NCBI GenBank assembly: GCA_001662655.1
Contig: KV460260.1
DNA: 64,000 nucleotides
Origin: Pseudogymnoascus verrucosus
Taxonomy: Eukaryota
Direction: 5' to 3' (one strand)
The position numbers and the translations under genes were made by a program. The notes beneath the pieces were generated by a model, which made no database searches, had not been told where the DNA came from, and saw only the letters and a list, made by a program, of their open reading frames with translations. Of the stretch, positions 24,374 through 36,021 are shown piece after piece. Each line of letters starts with the position of its first letter. The first letter of the stretch is position 1.

Positions 24374-25810
24374 ATGCCTACTACTATGGCACTCGCAAGC
24401 AGTTCCAACATGTGTCGCGGTGTCACTATGGCATCTCCACGTCATTTTAAGCTTCGAGGGAGCGGCTGGCGAAGCTTAACGCAGGGACACTCTGCGCCCC
24501 TTCCGCACGCCGAAGGCAAGGCGCCCAGCGCATGCTCCACTCGCTGCCAATTTTCCAAACGGGAATATGAGTTCTCCAAGCCGTCCCTTTCAGTGATCCC
24601 TAGCAGGCAAAGTCCTATCAAACCCCCTCCACGGATAGGAACACCCACCACCCACGCCCGGCGCGTCTACAGCACCACCACCACCACCCCTACCGCCGTC
24701 AAACCCCAACGCCCCCTCCCCGCCTCCTACTACCGCGGCGGCACCTCCCGCGCGCCCATAATCCACCTCTCCTCCCTCCCCCCCACCCGCAGCTCCTGGC
24801 CCCCCCTCTTCCGCACCATCCTCGGCTCCCCCGACCCCTTCGGTCGACAACTCAACGGTCTCGGCGGTGGGATCTCTTCGTTGTCTAAATTATGTGTTGT
24901 TGGACCTTCCGAGAGGGAGGGGGTGGATGTGGAGTTTACGTTTGTGCAGATGGGGATTAGGGATGGGGTCGTGGATTATAGGGGGAGTTGTGGGAATATG
25001 ACGGCGGGGGTGGCGGCGTTTGCGGTGGATGAGGGGTTGGTTGGGTTGCCTACTTCTGGAGAGGGAGAGGGGGAGGCGACGGTGAGGATTTATAATACAA
25101 ACACTGATAAACTCATCGAAGCCACCGTCCCCCTCATCGCGGGTGAAGCAGCCGCGATGGGCGATTTCGCCATCTCCGGCGTCCCCGGCACAGGGGCGTG
25201 CATCAAGCTCGCCTTCCTCGACCCAGCGGGCTCGGTGACGGGGAAGTTGTTACCGACGGGGTCGGGGACGGATGTATTTGACGGCGTCGAGGTGACGTGT
25301 ATCGATGCGTCGAATCCGTGTGTTTTCATCGCTGCCGAGAGTATGGGTGTCCCTGGCACTATCTCACCAGCTGAGATGAGCTCGCATCCGGATTTACTGA
25401 GGAGGTTGGAGTCAATACGGTGCCAGGCGGCGGTGAAGATGGGGATGTGTAGCACAGTCGAGGAGACGCCGGCGGGGGTGCCGAAGATTGCTCTCGTCTC
25501 CCCCCCTCCTCCCTCCCCGACAGCAGCGGGGGAAGAGGACAGCGGGGTGGATATTGTAGTCCGTGCTGTGTCGACGGGGGATCCGCATGGGGCGGTGCCG
25601 ATTAGTGTTGGGGTGTCTGTGGCGGCAGCGGCGGGGGTGGAGGGGTCGGTTGTGCAGAGGGTTATGGGGGAGAGAGGGGGGGAAGGGTGTGTGGTGGCGC
25701 ATCCGAGTGGGAGGATGGTGGTTGATGCGAAGTTTGTGGGGGGGAGGTTGGAGAGGGCGGTGGTGTTTAGGACGGCGAGGAGGATTATGAGGGGGTGGGT
25801 TTATGTTTAG
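24374..25810 (+). CDS. PrpF-family (aconitate/methylaconitate isomerase-like) protein, possibly with mitochondrial presequence; start uncertain
   Basis: YYRGGTSR, GSPDPFGRQLNGLGGGISSLSK, GSCGNM, FLDPAGSVTGKLLPTG, CIDASNP, HPSG and RTARRIMRGWV motifs. Confidence 0.88.
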   Translation: MPTTMALASSSNMCRGVTMASPRHFKLRGSGWRSLTQGHSAPLPHAEGKAPSACSTRCQFSKREYEFSKPSLSVIPSRQSPIKPPPRIGTPTTHARRVYSTTTTTPTAVKPQRPLPASYYRGGTSRAPIIHLSSLPPTRSSWPPLFRTILGSPDPFGRQLNGLGGGISSLSKLCVVGPSEREGVDVEFTFVQMGIRDGVVDYRGSCGNMTAGVAAFAVDEGLVGLPTSGEGEGEATVRIYNTNTDKLIEATVPLIAGEAAAMGDFAISGVPGTGACIKLAFLDPAGSVTGKLLPTGSGTDVFDGVEVTCIDASNPCVFIAAESMGVPGTISPAEMSSHPDLLRRLESIRCQAAVKMGMCSTVEETPAGVPKIALVSPPPPSPTAAGEEDSGVDIVVRAVSTGDPHGAVPISVGVSVAAAAGVEGSVVQRVMGERGGEGCVVAHPSGRMVVDAKFVGGRLERAVVFRTARRIMRGWVYV

Positions 25811-27067
25811 GGGGGAGGGGTGTGGAAGAGTTCTTGGGGTGCTGTGAGAGGGGGAGTTAGGAGAGGCGCATTGGAAGTTGGAGGGTGAAGTTGGTGTTCT
25901 GAAGGAAGCGAAGCGGTTACGAGGGCACTTTGGAGATGAAAGTGATACTCTGAGCGAGACTGTTACGAGGGTATATTGAAATTGAAAGACGCGGTGTGCT
26001 GACTGGGAACTCGACATGCTACTCCGCCAAAAGATGACTCTGTGTATACGGTGGTAGGGACAATGCCATGAAGAGGTAGATGGTTACGAGGGCACATTAG
26101 AAGTGAAACGCGCGATGTGCTGACAGAACTCACGATGCTACTCTACTGGAAGAGAGATTAGTCGAGATCTTCGTTTCTGACATCTGCAAGTGGATGCCTT
26201 CGCTGCTGCGACGAGATCTTCGTTTCTGACAACTACGAGTGAGTGGATGTCTACGATACTTCGCACTGGGATGAATACGACCCCCAAGATATTATTGGCT
26301 GTGTGTGCTGTCAGTGATAGGGGAACTGGTACCGGACTTGCGGTACGAGGTCGATGATTCGTAAGCAGACTGTCATCATGGAGAGGGCCAATTGCTTCGG
26401 GTTGGGATTCTTGAGGTTGTACTTGGAGTTCCGGTAGGTGTGGATGGGTGAGAGGTTCTGGGATTTGGTACACCGGGTCGGCGGAGGAGATAAAAGATGG
26501 ATAGGAGAGGGTGTATGGAATGGAGGATGCGCAGAAGGAGAGAGGAGGGAGGAAGAGAGAGTGAGAAGGTGAGATGGAGAGAGAGGATATAGACCCACTT
26601 GCCTCGTGTTTGGCCTCACCGGCTGTTAAGATTATAACGTTGTGTGTATGGCATCTGTAATTAAACCATAGCTAGATACCCGTTGTCTCATAGGAAAGTT
26701 TCATCGTAGAAATATCATAACAGTGTCACAGCGTCTCATCGCAGAAGCCACAGAAGTAAAAGAAGGGGGACGAGGTGGTTTAAGGAGGATATATCTCAGT
26801 CTTGGAAGCTGTCTTGCATACATGCACTCACGGAAGGCTCGGAAGTAGTCTCAACACCGTGGCAAGGCTGTTGTTTAGTCAGTAGTAGGATCATTCCATC
26901 CTAATTAAGAAGTGGCAAGATTGGACTTGCTGGCAGTGATAGATATATACACGGATATACGGGATAATAGTTAGTTACGACGGCGATAGGATGATGGCAT
27001 TGTTTTGCTTGGTGGTAGTGTTTATTTGATTACTTCCTACCTCCACCGAACGGACTAACAATAATGA

Positions 27068-27235
27068 TTACATAATTACGTAGCTTACGAGAGTCTTACA
27101 TAAGTCTATTTACCGGGCTCCGGACATAACTTCCTCCCCACTCCGAACTTCCGCCCCGCCCCACCCCGCCGGCACGACATAAACGCATACGCAACGCAAC
27201 TGGCTCACGTAAGAAATTACTAACAGATTACATAA
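27068..27235. promoter_or_regulatory. Cluster of bZIP (Yap/PAR-type) binding motifs upstream of the kapC-like gene
   Basis: TTACATAA at 27068, 27096 and 27228; TTACGTAG at 27076; TCACGTAA at 27205; TTACTAA at 27217. Confidence 0.6.
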
Positions 27236-27733
27236 GCTATACTGTCAAATCTACCCGAAGTATCCGTGGAACACTCATCATCCCTCTATCAGCTCCTCGT
27301 CATCCCTCTAAACTCTTCCAAACTCCAACGCAAGCCACAATCTCCAGCCTCAAAACCAGCCACTTCCTCAGCCACTTCTTCTCCCCTCCTGTCACCTTGT
27401 ATCATTGCTCCCTCTCCCTCGCTCTTCCCTCTATCTTCCCTTCTCACTCTCTTGTCCCTCTCCCTCCCTCTCTCTTTCTTAACTTCCTCTCTCTTTCCCC
27501 CCTCTTCACAACTACTCTTTCTCCTCTGTTTACCTCCCAATTCGACGACAATATCATAATAATTCACCTTGATCCTCCGACTATCACCACTACTACCACA
27601 ATTCCCTTTTTTTCACCTGATCCTCACTCTTCCCTGTGATCACAAATCAATAACTCCGATCAATACACAACTCTCACCCTCCCACTATTTACCAAGAGGA
27701 GGGCGCTACAAAGCTTCCCACCCCCCCCAGCGA

Positions 27734-29445
27734 ATGAACGCGATGCAGCCGACTTTGGCCCCTGCGCCTCCACATCCTGCTCAGGTAAGCAGTGATTACT
27801 CCTCCTTCTTTGAGAAACCCCAAAGCCCGCCCCTCCGCCGCGCTCATCTCGTTTGTTTGCGCCCGAACCCGAGAGAGAGAGGGAGGCAAGGCGATAGCTG
27901 AGAAAGGCTTTCTCACTCTATAATTCCCCGCGCCCCCGCCGTCGCGCTCTCCCTGCATCTTCATTGCTGACTCAACGGTGCTGCACCGACAATAGCAGGA
28001 TATGCATTCAGATAATGGTACGTACAATATACAAATCAAAATATCATCACGAGATTATTAGGAAGGACCGGAGGGAGGCAACACGACTCACTCTCATTGT
28101 CCGCCGCCTTACTCATCAATGCGCTTCCCATCACCACACCACCAACTCCCCCCCCATCCCCCTCTACCCTGAAGTCTGTGGGCTGCATAAACCTAACAAC
28201 CCCCTCCCTCCTCTTGCTCACCTCTCTATTTCCCTGGCTCAGCATTGTGAGCGTGCTGACATGATTTCGCGTCTTCTCCCAGACCTAAGAGCCCAGCTGG
28301 CTGCAGTCATCAACAACCCACCAAGCCAGCACCAGTCGCAACAACAACAACAGCAGCTGCAGCATCCTCACCACCAGCCACCACCGCCGCATCTCGTCCA
28401 TGGCTACAACGACGTGGCTTCCAACTCTGCAAGTCCGCACAACATCGATCCCGCCATCGCGGGCGCCGCGCACGCCCACCACGCCCTGGACATGATGGGT
28501 GGCAGCGCCGGCGGCGACAGCGGGGACGACAACGGTGATGGCCGGAAGGGCGGGAAGCGCGAGCTCTCACAGTCGAAACGCGCGGCGCAGAACCGCGCAG
28601 CTCAGGTACGTTGCGATCATTTTTCACGCGTTGGCGACGATAAGTCGTTTTCTATGATGGTTTGCGCATGGTCGTTGGGTTGCGATGGGGAGATCTTTTG
28701 ACGTTCGCGCGACCTAAGGTCTGCTTTGTCAACTCTTATGGCATCACCATCCACAATCCAGCTTACGTAAACCATCAACCTTTCAATCACCCAACGTCCC
28801 TTCATCAAAGCAATTTATGGCATACAATCCATCAAATACCCCCTTTGCTATCAAACCCAAGAATTAACCCGATCGTTCGCTAACCAACCCTCCCCCCCGC
28901 AGCGCGCCTTCCGTCAACGCAAAGAGGGCTACATCAAGAAGCTCGAAGAGCAGGTCCGCGAGCTCCACACCCTCGAAGACAACTACAAGGTCATCCAGAA
29001 CGAGAACTACTCCCTGCGCGACTACATCCTGCAGCTCCAGCGCCGCCTCCTCGAGTCACAAGGCGAATACCCCCAACCCCCCGCCGCCGTCTCGGTTCTC
29101 CTCAACCACCCCCACCAACACCAACAACATGAAGCTCCCCGCCGCGGCCCCGACCCAACCCCGCCAGCTGCGCACGCCCCCACCGCCGTGATGGGACAGT
29201 CGCCCGAACAGCAGCCTGGCAGTAGCCTGCAGAGCCAGATGGCGCCGCTGCAGGCGCAGCTTCAGGCTAGTGCGGCGCAGGCGGTGGCGGATCTGAGGGA
29301 GAGCGCGGCGAAGCAGAGGCAGGTGCAGGAGGAGTACCTGGCGAGGGGGACGTATAAGGGGGAGGGGGAGGGGGCGGCGGAGGAAGAGCTGAGTAGGCAG
29401 TTGCAGGGGAGTGCGGATATACCGGGGGGGATGGGGGGGATGTGA
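27734..29445 (+). CDS. kapC: Yap-type bZIP transcription factor, KapC-like
   Basis: Exons 27734-27784, 27999-28017 (or 27996, NAGNAG), 28283-28605, 28903-29445. N-terminus MQPTLAPAP and basic region KRELSQSKRAAQNRAAQ|RAFRQRKEGYIKKLEEQV followed by a zipper. Confidence 0.82.
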
Positions 29446-30234
29446 AGGGCGTGTCGTGAACATGGGTTGGGTGCCTGGAGGGGTTGAGTCATGTGGGAGG
29501 GGTTGTGACTCTTTGTCTGCCTGTTGCAACCACCCCGCCACTGTCCCGCTGTTAGGTACCTGGCACTCATGACACCTCGTCGCCTCTCTGGTCGTCACTC
29601 GCAACTCCGTCGTCGTCGTCATACTTGTGGCACTCCCATCGCCCGAGGTCGACGTTGCCAAGAATAGGACTCTACCACCCTCTTCTCACTCACCCGGATA
29701 TATCTCATCCACCTCCCTATTTTCCTCTCAACTCGCTGGGTTTTACCGTCTTACCTCATTTCTTCACACAACCTTTTTTTTGTTTTTGGATTCAATGGGT
29801 TACTACTTCGCTGGTTGCGTTTTGTCGTAGAGCGGTGGGAGGGTTTGGTTTGGTTTGGTTGGTGTGTGTGGCGTTTTTTTGTCGATTATGATGTGTCTTT
29901 TGTTTTGTTTGTGTTGTTGTTGGAAGAGGATTGTATGGATGGAATGTGCAGTGGGTGAGGAAGGGGAGGAAGGGTTGTATGGATGATTTGTCTGGATGGG
30001 GATGGAATGGGATAGAGGAGGTAGTGGGAGCTAAAGGCTGGAATGGAAATGGATGCCGAGGAAAAGGAAGAGGAGGGAGTAGAGAAACTCCGATTATAGA
30101 TGAATGATCTCACGCTTCACGACTGCTTGTTATTTGTACCTTTTATGTTTCTTGTCATGCTCTCGTGTTGGACTCTCTTCCCTCCTGTCTGCCATTTTAG
30201 TTTCCAAGAACTCGACTCATGTCGTAATACACCA

Positions 30235-33180
30235 TCCCCTCTTTTTTTGATCATGGCATCCCTAGCATCGATACCCCCCCCCCCCCCCCCTTTTTCAACC
30301 TCTGCAGTACTGCCGAAAGCATCTCATAAGTATAAGAAAGGCCCGAGACATATGACCAGCTCACCATCGGAGAAATATTCATTCGTGGACACATGGTGGG
30401 GCTGTCGTGTTGCTGCCGTGACTTGATATCTGCTATTTCTGCACCCACCGCGCTGTGGAGGGGATGCTGAGCTGGATGCTGGGGTGGGGTTCTCGTCACC
30501 GCATCACCCTGTCATTAGTTGTTTCTCGTTGGTGGGGGCTGCTGTCGTTCCTGCGTTCTCGTCGGGGGTTAGCTGCTGTCACCTCAACACCCTGGCTCCA
30601 TCAGACAGACAGCGGGACGTGTTTTGGTACATCTNNNNNNNNNNNNNNNNNNNNNNNNNNNNNNNNNNNNNNNNNNNNNNNNNNNNNNNNNGGGGGGAGG
30701 GGGGGGCCGGAGAGGGGAGGGGGGGTTGGGTCTTGTTGTTGTTGGGGGGAGTGAGAGTTAGGGGTGTGGGATGGGTGTATCAGTCAATTCTCATACCCCT
30801 TTCCCGTCGACTGCCAAAATCCTTGCTTCAACTGCGCGCATCCATTCCCACTCCCCACCGAACCCCTTTCCCAGCCTCTTCGCGCTGCAAAATATATCTC
30901 GTAAAGTATAAAAAGGCTACTAGCATCCCACCAGCCCATCATCATACAAAATCACCATCAACCAAGCATATTGCTACCCCATTGCGTTATCGTGTTGTTC
31001 ACACAACAGCTGGTAGCTGCTATTGACACGCAGTATGGAAAAAAGTATGCAAAGGGCCATCTTGTGTGCCTCTTTCTGTTTATATACCCGTTAGGGCACG
31101 TAAGAAGTAGCTGGAACCTGGAAGTTGAGGGTTCTTGTTACTGCTTTATCCCTTTGCTGGTTATTTCTCACCGGCAGAGGTCGGGTTTGCTGTCGTTAAT
31201 GTGTTCTTGTCGGGGAGTTGGGTGCTGTCACCTGTAATTTTCTTGCTGTCAGGGGCCAGGACTGGAGGGGAGCTTCAACAAGGTGCGTGTGGTACTAATT
31301 ACCAGAGTGGCCATTTCAGGAGAAAGTACGGACACCAGCATCTTGAGGTGCAGGGGTTTAGACCGTTAAGTCTTGTCAGATTAGTTCATGACTAGAGCTA
31401 GTTAAATATCGGATGAGTCCATCCGACATTTCTCATACCCCTTTCTCATCGCCCGCCGAGATTTCTGCTTCAGCCGCGCGCGCATCCATTCCCACCCGCT
31501 ACCAACCCCTATTTCCAGCCTCTTCGGCACCGCTGAACACATCTGAGAAAAAGTATAAAAAGGTCCTCCACATCTCACCAGCTCACCATCGCGAAAAGAA
31601 CCATTGAGCCAAGCACACTCCTCCTGCACCATTGCCTTATCGTCATTACATACTACTTTCTATTTATATACCCGCCGAGCTGTGGAGGGCAGCTGGAGCT
31701 GGAGGAAGGGTGAGTTTTCGTCACCACCTCATTATCTCGTCGTGTATTTCTCACTAGCTAGTGTTCTGCTCTTGTTCCTGTGTTCTCGTCGGGGGTTGGT
31801 TCCTGTCACCTCTAATTTTTCTGCTGTCAGGGGCCAGGGGGGCCCAAAGCTTAGTGGTGTGCATGTAGTACCGGGTGGTCGTTTTGAGGAAGGTTCCAGA
31901 GAGCAGATCTCTGTATCATGGCACTGTCTAAGATTGGCTTTGGGACTTGCGGATATGTGAACGTGGATCTGAGTTTTGAGGGTTGAGTTGTGAGGGACTG
32001 GATGCGGATGGGTGGGGGGGAAGGGAGGGATTGGGTCTTTGAGGGTTGGTCCGTTCAGGGGTTTGGTGAGTATGTGTGATGAGTGCATCAGTGGATTTTC
32101 ATTCTCATTTCTTGTATGTGGCAAAATCCTCGGTTTCGACGACGCATCCATTTCCACCAACGCAACTCCCGCTTCCATCACCAATCACCCTTCCCAGCCT
32201 CTTCGGTATTGTTGAATATGTGTCATATAATATGGAAAGGCTGGTTCCATCTCACTAGCTCACTTTCACACAAATATCACTATAAGACGTTTCTATGTTG
32301 CTGCGCCGTCGCGTTATCATCATCTGCATACTACTTTCTATTTTCACCATGACGTGCCTCCAGCCATCCGTACAAGCCCTTATGATACTGTGAACGGCAC
32401 TTTTGCTTTGCTTGAGACAATCATGGATAATAATTCTGATGATGGCCTCCGTGGGTTGTTTGAGTCTATTATTGCTGTACTGTAGAGGGTGGCTGGAGGC
32501 AGGGTGAGTTCTCGTTATGGTCTCTTTCAGTGAGCTCTCGTCATGGTCTCTTTCTCACTACCTATTTCTTGCTGCCACTACGGGGTTCTCGTCAGGGGGT
32601 TGCTGTCACCGTCTGATTTTGCTGATGTCAGGGGAGTGGGGCAGGGGGACCAAGATTCTGGAAGATGCGAGTGTGGACATAGACTGGTAAGTGCTGGTTT
32701 CGTTGAGGGGTACGGACAGCAGCATTTTGAGATTGAAGACTTTCGCGAATCGTGAATCTTGTCAGATGGGTTTGTCTCAGGGGCTTGTTATATACATGGG
32801 ATGCACCCGAATTCTCATACCCCTTTCTCATTCCTGTCTGAATCCTCACTCATTTCAACCGGCTGCATCCATTCCCAGCACCACCAACTCCTCTTCCTAC
32901 TCTCTTTGGAACGTCTCAACACACCCCATACGATATATAATACCATGTCCTCACCCACCAGTGCGCGACGGACTATGGTTGCCACACATATCAGTTCGCT
33001 ACCATGCCGTTAGTTTTTCTTGCGCATCGCTTTGTATTTCTGTACCCACCGAGTTAAGAGGGGGCCAGCTGGAGGATAGATGGATTCTTGTTATATGGAC
33101 TTATTCTTACTACTTGCTTCATTCTTGCTGGCGCGGGGTTTTGCTGTCGCCGCGGGGTTCTTGTCAAGGGGTGCTGGCTG
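30235..33180. repeat. Decayed tandem array of about five ~0.55-0.7 kb units
   Basis: Colinear shared words in successive units: TTCTCATACCCCTTTC (~30788, 31430, 32812), CCAGCCTCTTCG (~30870, 31516, 32194), AAAGTATAAAAAGG (~30903, 31550), GTTCTYGTCR-G-run (~30555, 31203, 31782, 32585, 33157). Confidence 0.8.
30635..30691. other. Assembly gap (N run)
   Basis: Run of n characters, followed by a G-rich tract. Confidence 0.99.
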
Positions 33181-33182
33181 CT

Positions 33183-33452
33183 GTGGTGCAAGAGTCCACC
33201 CCTAATAATGTTGCAAATCTCTTCGATGGTGGCCTTAAGGTGGATGTTGCTAAGGTACACCGTCCTGTTTCTGGCATCCATCCTATCATGGCCAGCTATA
33301 GCTACCGTTGCTGCCGCGATGTAGTCGTGGGCCTTTAAAAAGTTGACATCATTTAGTATTTCTTTAGTGGTAACCCCAAGGTGCTGAATCTGCTGAATCT
33401 CGGAAACAGGAGCCTGCCACCTCGGCTCTTTATTGGGAAGTGACTGGACTAA
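33183..33452 (-). pseudogene. Degraded fragment of an Nrd1/Mrn1-type RRM RNA-binding protein gene
   Basis: Minus-strand frame reads [14 protein letters not shown]...[10 protein letters not shown]...[29 protein letters not shown], matching the recalled family segment [29 protein letters not shown]; similarity then stops abruptly. Confidence 0.72.
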
Positions 33453-36021
33453 ATTTTGAGGGGACTGAAGAGAGCGTAAGTAAGTATTTGCATTATCATG
33501 GGGCTTTAACGTCGCCGTCGAGCTACTTTGGCTCATTGCTTGCCTTCTACTCTCAAGTTCTGCCTTTATCTTGCAACATCTCGATCGGAGGTGTAGTACG
33601 CCCATGATAGAGACTGTCATTTCACCTGGCATCTCAGGCCAAGCCCGCGGTGGATTTATTATATACCCAGCATTCCCACACCATCCCCTATTCCCGAACC
33701 CCTATCCCTGTATAAATCTCCCATGCTCACCGAACCAACCTCAGTCCCCCAAGACAGATATCACGCTATCAGTCACTGTAAAATCACGGATTGCAGGCCC
33801 AGACTAACCACGCGCGCCGCTCCTTCCGCCGTTGCCGCCGCTCCACCATCGCCGGCGCCCCTTTACTCCTTCCACATCACAACCACAACCGCCGCTCCTT
33901 CCACATCCATATCCACAACCTCAACCGCCGCACCTTCCCTCTCTTATCATCAAAATACACAGTCCATCCCATCCCCTCGTTCGATCGCTTCACCTCGCCA
34001 AACCTCGTCTCCATGAGATTTTGTTGACATCCAAAAAACTCCAAAAATCAATAACATCTCCTACGGGCGTCTGGGAGAGTTCTCATATAAGCCAAAAAAA
34101 TTACAAAAAATAGAGGATTCTCCTAGAAGGGGGGAAATACCCGCACCCAACCACTGCATACACTTTCTAGGTGCAATTGAACTTCGTGGGTCCTCCAGGA
34201 TGATTGACAGGTACTTGAAAGTGCCAAGTGCGTGCAGAGCAGTGTATGCTACTTCAGCCAGCCAACCATCCCAATTAATAGGTGAGGACATAGGCTGCAT
34301 TATATAGTTGGTTTTGGAGCTAGACTTTGACTTCTTTTGTATATGCTGCAGCCAGCAATGCTTTTTATGGTTTAAGCTGAAATATGAAAGGAGATGTGAT
34401 AACGGAGAACAGACTGGAAAAATTTAGAAGTTCTGAAAGCAACGGTGTGATGAGAAATAACTGGAAGACTGTTCTGCTGCACAGAAATGAGAGGTTGGGA
34501 GGGGAGCTTGTGCAGCGACAGCAGGAGGAGGAAGGCACGTGAGAAAGCAGGCTAGAGTGGGAGCCAGCATACCTCGTTTCCAGCGCAATTGCTCGCTTTC
34601 GGCGTGAGGCGGCAGTAAAACAAATAGAAAGAGACGAAAAGGGAGACACAAGGACAAGAGAAAGAAAGTAAGATATAAATAGGAGATTTGACTGGCCTTA
34701 TCAAGGAATGAAGACGTAAGTGTGGCGCGTGAAATAAATGCCACCTGATTTTCAGCCGCCCCCCTTTCTCGGGACCGAGGTCATATATCTTTATACCATA
34801 TCATACACGGCATCGATTCACAAACCAATTCTACTTGTAGTACCACCAACATTAATCGACCAATGGATAGGGGAGCTTCGGGCTCATTAGCGTTGTTTCT
34901 CTGTTCTCCCGTATCATGTGTATAACACGCCGCCCTTCCAACCACCCTGTCCTCCCCACCGCACACAAACTCCCACCATTGCCTTCTCACCACCGCCGCC
35001 CAGTTCTCACCACCACCACGAATTCTCACCACCACCCCCCTCCCCACTGCACCCCATAATCACCAGCCGACCCTCACGCACCACCCCCACCGCACCGCCC
35101 CAACACACAGCTGACAAACCACCCAAACCACCCCTCCACTTAGAGAGATAATATCAGTATAGAATATCTGTGGAGCTCACTCATCTGCGAGGAGAGGGTG
35201 CTTTTTATATGTTTTGGGGGGAGGGGCGGAGGTGTGAGGCTGAGTTGACCCGTTTCGGGGTTGGGGAAACTGAGGGCGTGTATGTGGGGGAGAGTGTTTG
35301 AGAGGAGATAGGAGGGCGAGAAGTTCTTTTGGTGCATTTGGAGTGCTGGGTGCTTTGGAATGGTGATTGCTGGTGGTAGTGTCTGTAACCTGGATAGTAG
35401 AGTAGAGGTCTTGTATGGAAAGGGGAAGTGACAGTATCTCTCTGAAGAACACGCGCACATGCAAATAGAAAATAGAACAAGGAAAACACCTCACTGGACG
35501 CACATACGTACACCAGCACACAAACATCACATCACATCACCACTCCCTCACCACGCCACAGAGACCATCAGTAAAAGCATAAACGTCTAAACGTCTAAAC
35601 TCCCAATCCCATTTATGAACAAAACTATTTATAATCCACAGGCCCCGCGACCATCGTGTACTTGTGCTGCTGGCTTCTCAAAACTCGCAATCCCAGCAAA
35701 AAAAGAGAAAAAAAAAAACGCCACTCTCTGAACAAGAGAACAAAAAAAGAGAGATAACAAAAACAGGAGACGGCGGAACATTACAAATGTACGTGAGTGG
35801 ACACCAACCCGGCCGGAGAGTGAGAGCTGCGTTGCGTAGCTCAATGCCGCATCCGCCTCTCTGTGAGAGAATGGGCACAGGAGAGCCGCATCATGAGCAG
35901 CATGCTGGGAATTCTCCCCTCCGTTCGGTCCTCTATCATACCCGGTCTCATCGCCCAGCGCTCACCCCCATCCAATTAGGCCCTTCACCCCACCCCACCC
36001 ATCACACCCATCACAACCCGT

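Noticed and set aside
30235..33180. CRISPR-like or LTR interpretation of the repeats
   Set aside because: Eukaryotic context, long degenerate units, no constant repeat/spacer pattern, no TG...CA termini or pol remnants seen.
34140..34750. Possible relic of a charged/coiled-coil gene
   Set aside because: Purine-rich and coding-like, but multiple stops and no recognisable homology; too weak to call.
35140..35260. Minus-strand TATA plus a possible short GTGAGC...AAG intron
   Set aside because: No coherent downstream reading frame could be built.
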